From assembly GCA_951406725.2 (NCBI GenBank), contig OX597825.1:32612001-32676000 (forward strand): DNA of 64,000 nucleotides, given 5' to 3'. The position numbers and the translations under genes were made by a program. This document shows, piece by piece, positions 1-13,960 of this stretch (positions are counted from its first letter, which is position 1; each line of letters starts with the position of its first letter). Below the pieces are notes generated by a model that worked only from the letters and a program-made list of their open reading frames with translations, was not told the origin of the DNA and made no database searches. This DNA is from Octopus vulgaris (Eukaryota).

Positions 1-11
1 GAGTTGGATTC

Positions 12-26
12 ATATATGTATGTATA

Positions 27-94
<68 letters not shown>

Positions 95-122
95 TACACT
101 GATTCGTTTTGCTCCGAATTAT

Positions 123-157
<35 letters not shown>

Positions 158-211
158 CAAATTTGCAGAAAACAATACGTATACATATACATATATACAT
201 ATATATATGTA

Positions 212-245
<34 letters not shown>

Positions 246-724
246 GTGTGTGTGCATCCATGTGCGTATATGAACATGTATGTAAATATCTTTGTGCGTG
301 TATGTGTGTGTGAGTACCGATTACAATGCAAAATCGATAACTGTGCTAAATGATTCGTAAAACTGAAGTTGACGGCAGGTCAGGTTTATTGTTAGAGCCA
401 AACTATGAACAGTGAACGAAAAGGAAGGAGAAAAGGGGAAAAAAGAGGGACACAGAGATAAAAAGGGGGCGAAAGGAAACAGAGAGGAGCAGCAAGGAAA
501 TTGAGAATGAACCAAACAGACAAATACATTGATAGAATAACTGATATGTGCATAATATAGATAGAAAAGCACATATATATATTTTCTGTATTTATATATA
601 TGGACCTATGTGTGAGTGTTTGTGTGTTTTCTCCCTCTCGCTCCCTCTCTCTTCCTCTCATCTCCTCTCTCTCTCTCTCTCCCAATGCGCGCTCGCATAA
701 ATGAGAATGGAATGTATTTTTAAA

Positions 725-767
<43 letters not shown>

Positions 768-948
768 GTGTATACAGACACACCCACACACAAATATATA
801 CATATATATATATATTTATATATATATATATACACATGTATATATATATATATATATACATATACATATCTATGTATGTATATTATCATATATATGTGTC
901 TCTATCTATATATACATCTATATATATATACATCTATATATATATACA

Positions 949-997
<49 letters not shown>

Positions 998-1035
998 GTA
1001 TACAGAGATGGATAGATAGGTAGATAGATAGATAA
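12..1035. repeat. Compound (TA)n/(TG)n/(CT)n/(GATA)n microsatellite block
   Basis: Visible dinucleotide and tetranucleotide runs; the overlapping YIYI ORFs are their translations. Confidence 0.95.
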
Positions 1036-1310
1036 AGAGATAAAGAGAAAGAGAGAAGGAAAGCGAGAGGGAGAGATAAGGATTACATAGAGGGATAGAG
1101 AATGCTAGGAAGAAAGAGAAAGGCAAGTGCAGGAGAGTCCGAGAGATTAGTTGTGAAGATGTGCGATGGTGGGGAAGAGGCGGGGTAGAGGAATGGTGTG
1201 GTAGGAGTAAATGAGCATAATTATGAATGAAAAGGAAAGAAGTGTAATTGGTGCCAGCGTAGGCGGCAATTGTAGAAGGGTAGGGAGAAGAATAAGAAGA
1301 ACGATAACGG

Positions 1311-1311
1311 T

Positions 1312-1378
<67 letters not shown>

Positions 1379-1388
1379 GGTGGTGGTG

Positions 1389-1428
<40 letters not shown>

Positions 1429-1442
1429 TAGTAGTAGTAGTT

Positions 1443-1488
<46 letters not shown>

Positions 1489-1674
1489 GTGATGATGATG
1501 GTGGTGCTGGCGGCGGTGGTGGTGGTGGTGGTAATGATGATGATGATGATGATGACGAGGAGGAGGAGGAGGAGGAGGAGGAAGGGAAGGGAAATGGAAT
1601 GGCAAAGGGAAGAAATGGTAGAGTTGTGAATCCTAAACGACAGAATAGGGACAGAGAAAGGGAAAAAGAAGTAG

Positions 1675-1732
<58 letters not shown>

Positions 1733-1882
1733 GAATTAAAAGCAAGCGAATGAAATATAGGTAGAAAATAATGAACGAACGAAAGTGAATCAGGAAGGAA
1801 AATAAGGAATCAGAAAAAAGTCCAAGAAGGAGAGATTCGGAAAATGAAAAAAAAAATATAAAATCAGGTGAGCTAAAGTTCA

Positions 1883-1948
<66 letters not shown>

Positions 1949-1998
1949 CAGTAGTGGCAGTGGCAACAGCAGCAGCAGCAGCAGTAGTTGTAGTAGTT

Positions 1999-2030
<32 letters not shown>

Positions 2031-2035
2031 TGGTA
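1311..2035. repeat. Compound trinucleotide (TAG/TGG/TGA/GGA) and (GAAA)n microsatellites
   Basis: Visible tandem runs. Confidence 0.95.
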
Positions 2036-2460
2036 AACGAAACATAAAATTGCTGATAAAAATGCAGAATGAATGCGAAGAAAGGAGAAGAAAAAAAAGA
2101 AAGCAAATTCTATATTAGGTGCAACAGTATATATAGATTGGGAAGAGTTGCTTTATGGCGAAATATATAGGTTTGGAGCAGAGCTCTTCAGTGATAAAGA
2201 TAGAAAAGAATCACTATTGAATGTTTGCCAGGAAAACGAGTTATTTGTTCATTCGCAATAATATAAACTTCACGAGGCACATGACTGTCACCCCCGCGCC
2301 ACTGTGCTGAGTTTGGCTTTTTTGGGGTTTTTTTTGGCATTCTGAAGGTGTTAAATGTGATTAGCGATACAAGATCGGAAGACGGTGATAGATAAATGTA
2401 GATAGAAAGGGAGAGAAGGAATAGAAGAATGAGAAATCGAAAGTTAGACTAGTTGATAAA

Positions 2461-3151
<691 letters not shown>

Positions 3152-4276
3152 TAACAGTAAGTATAAAGAGCGGATAATTCTGAGAGGGGGTGTGGTGGGG
3201 ACAGAGTAGAAAGGAGGAGGGAGAAAATGAAGGGAAGAGTATGAGAAATAAAAGTGAATCTTTAGTGTGACTAAGGGAGATATAGAGATGTTAAGAGAAT
3301 GTAAGAGTGGAAGAGAGAGTGTGAGTACGTGAGGAAAAAGGAGGAGGAGGAGGAAACTTTGTAAAGTATCATAAGAAGAGGTAAGAGGGAGCAATAATGG
3401 GGAGACGCAAGCGGGAACTAGCTGGGAAATGGTGGCATAGAACAGTGTTGAAGCGTTAAATGAAACTAAAAAGGAATAAAGAATAAGAGGAAGATGGAGT
3501 TGGGACATGAAGGAATATGAAGACGGACAGAGTGAGAGGGGTGGGAAGAAGAGAGAGGGAGAGGATGGAGAAGTGCTGTGGAATTTAAAAAAGTAAAGGA
3601 GAAATGGACGGAAGGGGAAAAGGAGGGTGTTGAGAGTAGAAAACGAGAGCAAGGGAACTAAAGAGAGATAGGGAATGAGAATGAGAGAGAGCGAGAAGGT
3701 AATCGAGTACAAAAGAGCTATCGAGATATGGCTGTGTGTGTGAGAGAGAGAGAGAGAGAGGGAGGGAGAGAGAAGCCTGCTTTATCTGATGCAGGTCGCT
3801 TTACAAGATCTTTTAAAACTTCTGAAGAATCTAAGGAATATCTCCATATAAAACTAAATATACGAACCAACAATACAAAGAGTAAGTATAGATCAAATGA
3901 TAGAATTAAATAACAACAACATAAACAAAACCCAAAAAAAAAATAAGGAAAAATAACAATAGGAATTACAACAACAATAATGATAACAATAACAACAACT
4001 ATAACTGTAATGATAATCATAATAGGGGTAATAATGTAATGCTGTTCTCAAATGCATATGCTGCAATTTAATCATGTTTCATGCACCAGTTCTCTACTAG
4101 TATTTTTCCATCTCTCAGCTGAATACAGTTTCCCTCTTTACACATGCACGCACAACGAAAAACACATGCATATGCACTCACTGACGTATGCACGATCGCA
4201 GGTATGCACATACATGAACACACGCACATGCACGCACGCACGCACGCCCATCTACACAGATGGTTGCTCAAATATG

Positions 4277-4277
4277 C

Positions 4278-4334
<57 letters not shown>

Positions 4335-4691
4335 AAGGATTTTAGTAGTGAGAGAGAGTGGTGTGAGAGAAGTGTACAACAGCAGTAGAGGGAGGGAAGC
4401 AGAGACTTAGAGATGGAGAGAAGAGGATGAGCAAGCAGGATGTTTTTCTGTGACATCTTTAAGTTTGATATACGTGATTCTTATGATAACTATCAATTTA
4501 TATCGCAAGCATGATTATCGCTAACAACAATCTACCCTTCTTCTTCTTCTTCTTCTTCTTCTTCTTCTTCTTCTTCTTCTTCTTCTTCTTCTTCTTCTTG
4601 TGTCTTCTGTGTGTTTTGTTTTCTCTTACTCAGCTCTTTTCTCCTTTTCTTTCGTTTTTTTTTCATCTTTTCATATTCCTTCATCTCCAGC

Positions 4692-4726
<35 letters not shown>

Positions 4727-4877
4727 TGTCGTCATCGTCGACGTCGTCATCTTGTTGTTGCTGTTGTTTGTCGTTATTGTTGTTGTTGTTCTTCTCCTCA
4801 TTATCCTTTTCTGCTTCCTTCCTCTCCTCCTCCCCCTTTTCTTCTTCCATCTTCTTTGCTATCATCATCATCATCTT

Positions 4878-4925
<48 letters not shown>

Positions 4926-5836
4926 CAGCCACAACAACAACAACGCACATGTCATCAAGGACATGAGCTTGTAGAATCGTTAGCACGCCGGACAAAATGC
5001 TTAGCGTCATTTCGTTCGTCTTTACGTTTTGAGTTCAATACCGCCGAGGTTTGACTTTCCGTTTCAACCTTTGGGGTAAATAAAATAGGGATCAGTCGAA
5101 CATTAGCTCCACTAAATCCCCCACTAAATTGCAGGCTTTGTGCCACTAATAGAAAGGATTATTATTCCGTTCATTTATTATCTCAAGCATCGCCACCGCC
5201 ACCACCATTTTCATCATCACCACTTTTGATGTCACCACCATCACCATCAGACTCGCAATCATTGCAAACGCCACCACCACCACCATCATCTTTGTAATTA
5301 GTACTTCCATAATGCTTATCCTTATTTTCCATCGTTGCTCCGTCATCATCACTATCATCACCATTATCACAAACACTAGCATTATCATCGCCACCATCTC
5401 CACCATCACCTGTCTCGGCATCTTCATTATCACCACCTCTCCCTCTGCTTTTCCACCCACCCCTCAGTTTACCCTCATCAATATCCATTTTCTTTATCAT
5501 TGTACACTCACATATACGTATATCTAAATGATGTGCATCGTCGCCATAGCTATACTTCACTGACACTAATACCATCATCACAACCAGTGCATCCAACCCC
5601 AGCTCCAGCCTCGCCACAGCACAGCAGCCACCACCACAACCAGTAAGCAGTAGTAGTAGTAGTAATGGAAGTAGTGGCAGCGGTGGTAGCGGTGGCGACT
5701 GTGGTGGTTGTTGTGGTTGTGGTGGTGGTGGTGGTGGTGGTGGTAGAACTCTACTAGAGTCTCTCTTACCGTTAAAACTACCAAAAATGTATAACCACCG
5801 CTATCATCACCATCATCAATACTCCCACACTTCCCT

Positions 5837-5910
<74 letters not shown>
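4277..5910. repeat. Microsatellite/low-complexity block with an old family-A SINE at about 4960-5150
   Basis: (TA)n,(TTC)n,(ATC)n,(CAG)n,(TGG)n,(TAC)n,(TAA)n runs; gtagaatcgttagcacgccggacaaaatgcttagc...gagttcaa matches the SINE head seen elsewhere in the window. Confidence 0.9.
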
Positions 5911-5912
<2 letters not shown>

Positions 5913-6045
5913 ACAACTATTTCGACGACAACTACAGCTATTGTACATGAACACCAATATTAAATTGTGTGTTTATATATATATATATATATAAACAACT
6001 TATTCTCTCTCTCTCTCTCTCTTTCTCTGTATATATATGTATATA

Positions 6046-7602
6046 TCTATATATATATAAAACTGAGAATGTGTGTCTGTCTGTCTGTCTGTCTGTCTGT
6101 GTGTTTCCCTAAAACTTGAGAACTACACAACCAATTTCATTCAAATTTTACACATGCCTTACTTAGGATCCGGGGAGTGTCATTGTCTAGAGCGAGCCCA
6201 TAGTATTATCATATCTTCTCCACTATTTCAGTATTACGTGTTAAAAGTGAAACAAAAACATTTCTCTATTTTATGTCAAATACTTTCACTTTAACAATAA
6301 AAATAATAATAACAATTGAATTATATGTAGTAAGTAATAATTAAAATCAAACTAAAGTATAATATAATCGTAACATGACAAAAGTAAAAATAGCAATTGG
6401 TATAAAATTGCATCAATGACTTGAACTTGAATAAGTGGTTTCACATGAATGGGAATAAATTAACAATAAAATTAGCGTGCAGAAATGGAATAGTCCAGAT
6501 GGAGCTGTGCTTTTACATTAGATTATCTGCTAATTAGCTAGCATTAAGTATCTATATGAAGTTTGGCTGTATGTAATATCTGTTTTCTCGAACAGTCGGT
6601 TCTACAGAGTACTGCTGTTTGTCTATTTCTTATACATAAAGGACTAAAGCTTCAACTGCTTACTGCTTTCTGATTCATCGTAAGGTTTGTTGTTATTATT
6701 ATTATTGTTTAACTATTGTTATCACGTTTGTTGGTTCCTCGTAAAGGAAACATTGTTGTGTTGCATTTGTTAAATAATTGTAAACTGTAATCCTCCCCTT
6801 TTGGGAGAAGGAGCTTTGGTTATTGTTTAAAATTTGAATTGTGTCCCTGTTTGGGGAAATTGACAATATTTTCACCGTTTACACGGAAGCATTTTTGTTA
6901 GAATGCTTTCGATAGAAGAAAGTCCAAAAATGAATTTCGCTGCAGCCGTCGGTGGGCGCGAACTCATTGAAATTAAAATAGAAGAAATACAGATTGATCA
7001 ACGACAAAGACGGTGAATCTAGGATAACACCACCAAACGAAATAAAAAATTAAATTAAAGAAAAGACTATTGTCTATAAAGTATACAATGTAGAGAAAAA
7101 AAAAGATTTGAACACCTGGAGGAAAGCACCATCGAAAAGTGTCTTGGTGCGACTATGAAAGATATCTAACTAGAGGCGGTAAATTCGCCACAATAGAAGT
7201 AAGGTTCGAGTCAACGGAGCGTGCAAGGGAGTACTCGACTCGAACCATGCAAAGTAGAAATATTTTATCTTTACCTTTATATCTGGGATGTAGGACGTCC
7301 CGGAAAAAAATTTAAAATGCCCCCTCCCCCAGAAGTAGAGGTAGGCTGTATTGTAGCCACACTTCTATACAAGAGGGGGGACAAGATACAATTGATCGAA
7401 AATGCAAGAGACGGGCCTACAATTCCAGTCTGTTATATATTTTGAGTATTGTTATCACTTGCGATATCAAGATATAACTTTGTATTTTGTATTTTATGTG
7501 TAGATGTATATATATAGATGTACATGTAATATGTACACATATATATACACATATATACATGCACTAGCACTATGACCCGGCAACGACGGGTCATAATGCT
7601 AG
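6046..7602 (+). mobile_element. Non-autonomous Helitron-like element
   Basis: A|TC start followed by tatatataaaactgagaatg and (GTCT)n; 3' hairpin gacccg-gcaacga-cgggtc followed by CTAG|T at 7599-7603; no TSD. Confidence 0.7.
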
Positions 7603-7924
7603 TATATATATAAAATCCAGGATGTCAAGGATTTTATTCACCTTTTATCAGTGTGGATAATACCGGACTGACTTGGTGCTTCAACTTAAGTACCTAATTC
7701 AACTGAATCTCTATTATTTCTTTATATATATATAACTGTAATTATATATTACTTTTTATAGTAATAATATAGGCTCCAATTTAAGCGGCTAACGTGTTTA
7801 CATATTTATAAATATATATATGTATATATAAATATAGCTATATACATATAAATACCCTGTAGAGTACCTTTCTACTCAGGGGTAAATTAGCTTTCTCTGT
7901 GGATTGAAAAGAAATGATAAACTA

Positions 7925-7966
7925 GCTTTACCGACTTTCGAATCTTATTAAATTCTCATCAGAGGC
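7925..7966 (-). ncRNA. Degenerate minimal hammerhead ribozyme-like motif (Penelope-type)
   Basis: Minus strand gcct-CTGATGA-gaat(ttaataag)attc-GAAA-gtcggTA-aagc: core boxes and stem II intact, stems I and III mismatched. Confidence 0.5.
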
Positions 7967-8969
7967 GTCAGTTCATCCGTTTATCTACTCAACAATTACT
8001 AGAGCTACTAATTTGCATATCTTGTTAACACTGCATTTTTAAATATCAGTGGGGATATATGTTGGTGGGGATAAATATTCTTTCTTTGTGAATTAAGAGC
8101 GCTGCCAATGGTTTGACGCAAAATATTCCTGAATCCTTCAAGCCTTCCACTTAAGAATGTTGGTAACACTGATCGAGACATTATATTGAATGCAAGAAAA
8201 TCATCATTTCTTCACGATAGTACTTATTGGGGGAAAAGAAAAAGATGAGCTATTTGATGTCGCCATGTGGAGTCATTGCAAAGCAGATGTAGTGGGTCTG
8301 GTTGTTCTCTGCCTCCAACTATCCTTTACTATAAAAACGCCAATATCTGCTTGTATAGGGATGGTGGTCTAGGTGTAGTACACAATAAGAATAGCCACGA
8401 AGTGGATAAGACAAGAAAAATATGCAAAGCATTTACACAAACATTTAAACACGATAGTTTTGAGCTAACGAAAGAAATTGCATGGTCATATAGCCTACTG
8501 GAAATAACAGCTAAATGTGCCTCCGTTTTGAATATGGTTCCACTTTAAGACGTTACTTTATTGGAAACACATAACTTCTTTCATATTGAAACACCCTCAA
8601 CGATCAACTTATCAACTGCATTATGTATAAAAATACTCACCGAATTTTATTGATAGTGATTCACACGTATTTTTATTTATTTATTTATTTATTTCTTCAT
8701 GTTTAAAAAGAAATAATTAATCACGAGGTATTTTTAAATATCTATGAATATTCAGAGCTGTTTATAAATAAACTCTTCAAGTGGACTACCGACTTCGCTA
8801 ACATAGAACTATAATGCACTCACTGTTTCCTGTTCCTTTCAGTAAGAAAATCTCAGGATAAAATAACGAAAAGGAATCCATAAAAATAATAAAACTAATA
8901 AAAGTATCAACAATGAATCTGATACAAAAATCGATTTCTCACTGGAGAGAAAAAGAAAATGTCCGTCTC

Positions 8970-9154
8970 TTAAAACCTCTCTTTTACAAGAGAATGTCGT
9001 CTGTTTGCTTGATTCACAGTTGTTGAAGTGTCATCCGCTGATATTTCTGTCGTCTGCTCCACTATTGTTGAAACGTCGTTTACTCCACTGCTGATGGAAT
9101 GCTGCAGCCATGCTTTAAATTCTTCTTCTTCTTCGTAGTGAAAAATGATCGGAT
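8970..9154 (-). CDS. Candidate terminal coding exon of an unidentified gene: (D)PIIFHYEEEEEFKAWLQHSISSG...SLVKERF*
   Basis: Strong acceptor tttctttatttttacctttCTAACtttttcgacCAG; phase-1 frame open for 60 codons to TAA; non-repetitive sequence; no homology recognised. Confidence 0.45.
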
Positions 9155-9785
9155 CTGGTCGAAAAAGTTAGAAAGGTAAAAATAAAGAAACGGATTCGTC
9201 AACAGAGTTTGTTGTATAACTGCAAATTGATGGGATGTAAACTTTGACAGGAAACGGCCGGAGGAGATTTCTATTTCTCAAATTTCTAATTTCAGTTGAA
9301 AGTATTTGCTTGACTGACAGAGCTTTCGCCTCTATTGACCTGTATTCGATATTTGTCATACAAAGTTTGTTTATCCTTCCTATACACTTTTCTTTCTATT
9401 CATTAAGTATTCCACTAGACGAGGAAAAAAAAACAAACAACAAGAATATAGCTCTTCGTTCTTACTGTGATTTCACTCTCGAGATATTGACCAAATAAAT
9501 GCATGAATCTTTAACCTCACAGGACATTGTTACCAAATATCAATTGCAGCTTCTGTAAAGGCATGAAAGAATAATACGAAATTCTTGAAAAATTTACAAT
9601 TCCTTTTTCAATATCGCATGTCTGTGGGCTTCTTATCAATGTGGTCATTTCGACAATTGATTTCCTGTTTAGATAGATAAACAGAACTATACAGGTGAGA
9701 GGAGAAATAATTGTCCAATATACAAATCTTTCTCAAGGGATTAAATAACGTAAAGGAGTTGAATTGTTTTCAAGTTGAAATAGTA

Positions 9786-9830
<45 letters not shown>

Positions 9831-9899
9831 GACTGGATTCAGCTGCCCAAGAACTGAACAAGAACCAACGGGAATCAATTCTTTTTTCTCATTCTTAGC

Positions 9900-10390
9900 C
9901 TTTTCTATCTTTTTTTTATCTGTTTTTTCTTTTCAAATCATTTGACTGCGGCCACGCTGGGACACTGATTTTAATGGTTTAGTCGAACAAATCGACCCCA
10001 GTACTTTTTTCCCATAAGTCTGATACTTATTCTGTCGGTCCCCATTGACGAGCTATTAAATTACAGCGACGCAATCAAACCGATATCGTTTGTTAAGCGG
10101 TGGAGAAGAAACACATTAAGATACAAACACATACACATACGCACGCACACACGCACTCACACACAAACACACACACAGACATACACACACAGACACGTAC
10201 ACGCACACATGCTCACATGCACACACATACACGCACACATATACTCACACATATGTACACACACACACACACACATACACACACACACACGCATACATGC
10301 ACACACACGCATACATGCACACACAAAAGTTTTCCACGCAGTTTGTCTACCAGTTTCGCCCCCAAAGTAATTTTTCCAGGCGTGGCGTTG
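9900..10390 (-). mobile_element. Family-B SINE (degenerate) with internal (CA)n tract
   Basis: ttgactgcggccacgctgg...ttagtcgaacaaatcgacccc tail shared with about 15420, 26370 and 62490. Confidence 0.7.
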
Positions 10391-10586
10391 TCCAAGATTG
10401 TGGTATGATGTGATATAAGGTATATTTAGTTGCTATTTCTAACAGGTCAGGTCATCATAAAGAGATTTTCTCGACTTGACAATTTCAGTAATGATAGTAA
10501 ATATAAATTCAAATATATTAGCAAAGGTCAACTGCAAACTCTTTGCATATTCATCCACATTTGATGATAATCTAATGTTAGGTGGC

Positions 10587-10660
10587 ACCGGAAGTGAAGC
10601 ACAGGAAGAGATCACCTAAAGCAAGACTGGCCAGGAAGTGGCTTCTGCTATCCGGAAGTC
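10587..10660 (+). promoter_or_regulatory. Cluster of four ETS-type GGAA motifs (candidate enhancer)
   Basis: accGGAAgtg, acaGGAAgag, ccaGGAAgtg and tccGGAAgtc within 74 bp of unique sequence, all in the same orientation. Confidence 0.35.
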
Positions 10661-11069
10661 ACTCCTGCTGCTTGTCTAATGAACTATATCTCGGTTTATG
10701 TTATAATTTAAAATTGCTCTTTCGCTTTACTGATAAAATCTAACATCACAGCGAAACAGTAATAAATATAGATTTAATTCAACATCGAACGATAAATGCT
10801 CTAAAAACGACTTTCATTGTTTTATTTTATATAATTTCATTTTCTCTGTGTATGCCTGTCAGACCGTCTGTTTGACTGCCCAGCTGCCTGTTCGCCTGTC
10901 TGACTGTTTGTTGTTTTTAAGCCTTTCTTTCTCGAGTCCTTTTTCCCTTTGTCTAATTCTATTTTTGAAACTTCATTTATTTATTTTTTTTGTGCTTACC
11001 CCTCACTCCCATTATTTATCTGTCTGTTTATCTATTTAGCGATCTATCTAAAGGGCTTCACATACATTA

Positions 11070-12056
11070 GCATCAAATTTTGGCACAAGGCCAGCAAGTT
11101 TGAAGGAGGAGGCAAGTCGATTAAATCGACCTCAGTATTCAACTGGTGCTTATTTCATCGACCCCGAAAAGAATCATGGTCGCCCCCGGTGGAATTTCAA
11201 CTCAGAATGTAAAGACGGACAAAATGTCGCTAGACGTTTGCCCGGCGTGCTAACGACTCTAGCATCTCACCGTCCTAGTGCTGGACATATACCATAACTT
11301 CTTAAGACTACCTTTATCTTCCTCAGGTTTTAGTTACTATTTAACAAACATACATTGTGTTTGCTACCAACCAGAAGAGGGCCTCAAAACGAGGCTGATT
11401 AAAACAACTAACAAAAGAACGTCAATAATTCTTCCTATAATAGGCATAAAGCCTGAAATTTGTGGTGAGAGCGATAGTCGATTACATCGACCCCAGTATT
11501 GGACTAGTACTTAATCCATCGACTGATACTTAATTCAACGAAAGGATGAAAGTTAAAATCAAACTTAGTGGAATTTAAATTCAGAACGTAAAGATAGACA
11601 AAATGCCGCTAAGGTTTTCGTCCGGCGTGCTAACGATTCTTATTTTTTATTGCCCACAAGGGGCTAAACATAGAGACGAAAAACAAGGACAGGCAAACGG
11701 ATTAAGTCGATTACCTCGACCCCAGTGCGTAACTGGTACTTAATTTATCGACCTCGAAAGGATGAAAGGCAAAGTCGACATCGGTGGAACTTGAACTCAG
11801 AACATAACGGCAGATGAAATACCTATTTCTTTACTACCCACAAGGGGCTAAACACAGAGAGGACAAACCAGGATAGACAAACGGATTAAGTCGACTACAT
11901 CAACCCCAGTGCGTGACTGGTACTTATTTAATCGACCCAGAAAGGATGAAAGGCAAAGTTTACCTCGGCGGAATTTGAACTCAGAACCTAACGGCAGACG
12001 AAATACCGCTAAGCATTTTGTCCGGCGTGCTAACGATTCTGCCAACTCACCCCCTT
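11070..12056 (-). mobile_element. Family-A SINE cluster; 11641-12056 is a head plus two tailed units nested in an older copy
   Basis: tRNA-like A box (tggcagaatcgttag) and B box (gagttcaaattc); tail ccccttgtggg...aaata joined to ggtattt and to agaatcgttagc. Confidence 0.9.
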
Positions 12057-12766
12057 ACTTAGTTCTAAAATAACAGGTTATAGTTCAGTGCCCCAGACTA
12101 AAATAAGTAACAGTGAGGCTCAAACATGGCTGCCGTGGTCCAATAACTAAATGCAATATGAGAATAAATTAACACACTATCGAAGCAGCCAAATGCTATT
12201 TTCATCTATCCCTGATCAGTCATTAGTTTACACCAAATGATTCCATAACGATCATGCCTCTCTGCGTATGTCTCCATTCAATCACATCTAATCATTATCC
12301 ATTTTGCATGATTGATTGGTTTCTATTGTTTTTATTCTTGTTATTATTGTATTTGTTGTTACTGTTATTATTATTTGTAGTTGTTCAAATTCTGCTGAGG
12401 TCGGCTTTGCCTTTCATTCCTTCTGGGTCAATACAGCATATACCAGCTGAGTACTGGGCGTGGTGGGGTCGATATAATCGACTAGAGCTCCTCCCCCAAC
12501 ATTTCATGCTTATGCTTTTTTCTAAAGCAGAAAACATTAGTGCGTCAAACAAAAGGTTTAGCGGCATTTCTACCAGTTTCTTTATGCCCCGAGTTAAACT
12601 GCCGAGGTCGATTCTGCCTTTCGTCCTTTCTCTAGCATTTGATCTCAAGAATCGATCAAAGCAGCATTTTAGCACTACAGCCGAAGTAATCGGCGTAGCT
12701 CCTTCCCTCAAATTCCTGTTCTTGTGCCAAAATTTGAAACTGTTTCGTTTAGTTATTTTCTGATCA

Positions 12767-13960
12767 AAGGCGGCGAGCTGGCAGAAACGTTAGCACGCCG
12801 GGCGAAATGCTTAGTGGGTATTTCGTCTGCCGCTACGTTCTGAGTTCAAATTCCGCCGAGGTCGACTTTGCCTGTCATCCTTTCGGGGTCGATTAAATAA
12901 TTACCAGTTATGCACTGGTGTCGATATAATCGACTTAATCCATATGTCTGTCCTTGTTTGCCCTCTCTCTGTTTGGTCCCTTGTGGGTAGTAAATGAATA
13001 GGTATTTCGTCTGCCGCTACGTTCTGAGTTCAAATTCTGCCGAGGTCGACTTTGCCTTTCATCCTTTCGGGGTCGATTAAATAAGTACCAGTTACGCACT
13101 GGGGTCCATATAATCAACTTAATCCATATGTCTGTCCTTGTTTGTCCTCTCTGTGTTTAGCCCCTTGTGGGTAGTAAAGAAATAGGTATTTCGTCTGTCG
13201 CTACGTTCTGAGTTCAAATTCCGCCGAGGTCGACTTGCCTTTCATCCTTTCGGGGTCGATTAAATAAGTACCAGTTACGCACTGGGGTAGATATAATCGA
13301 CTTAATCCGTTTGTCTGTCCTCGTTTGTCCCCTCTGTGTGTAGCCCCTTGTGGGTAGTAAAGAAATAAGAATCGATTGCGCGCTGGATAAAATACTTCGG
13401 CATGTCTTTCGACACAATACATTCCAAGTTCAAATTCCGCCGAGGTCGACTTTGCCTTTCATCCTTTCGGGATCGATTAAATAAGTACCAGTTACGCACT
13501 GGGGTCGATATAATCAACTTAATCCATATGTCTGTCCTTGTTTGTCCTCTCTGTGTTTAGCCCCTTGTGGGTAGTAAAGAAATAGGTATTTCGTCTGTCG
13601 CTACGTTCTGAGTTCAAATTCCGCCGAGGTCGACTTGCCTTTCATCCTTTCGGGGTCGATTAAATAAGTACCAGTTACGCACTGGGGTAGATATAATCGA
13701 CTTAATCCGTTTGTCTGTCCTCGTTTGTCCCCTCTGTGTGTAGCCCCTTGTGGGTAGTAAAGAAATAAGAATCGATTGCGCGCTGGATAAAATACTTAGC
13801 GGCATGTCTTTCGACACAATACATTCCAAGTTCAAATTCTGTCGAGGTGGACTTTGCCTTTCATCCTTTCAGGGTGAACAAAATAAGTACCGGTTAAGTA
13901 CTGGGGTCCATGTAATCGACTTCCACCTCCCTACAAATGTTCGGGTTTGTTGCTTGTAGT
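12767..13960 (+). mobile_element. Family-A SINE tandem array (184-bp units plus a 400-bp higher-order duplication) nested in an older copy
   Basis: ggtatttcgtctg recurs at 12817, 13001, 13185 and 13585; blocks starting at 13081 and 13481 are near-identical. Confidence 0.92.

Noticed and set aside
9465-9552. Minus-strand exon between cctttacag and gtaaga
   Set aside because: Stop codons in all three frames.
12767-13960. CRISPR-like or prokaryotic repeat array
   Set aside because: Units are 184-bp SINE bodies with no unique spacers and no cas genes, in a eukaryotic context.
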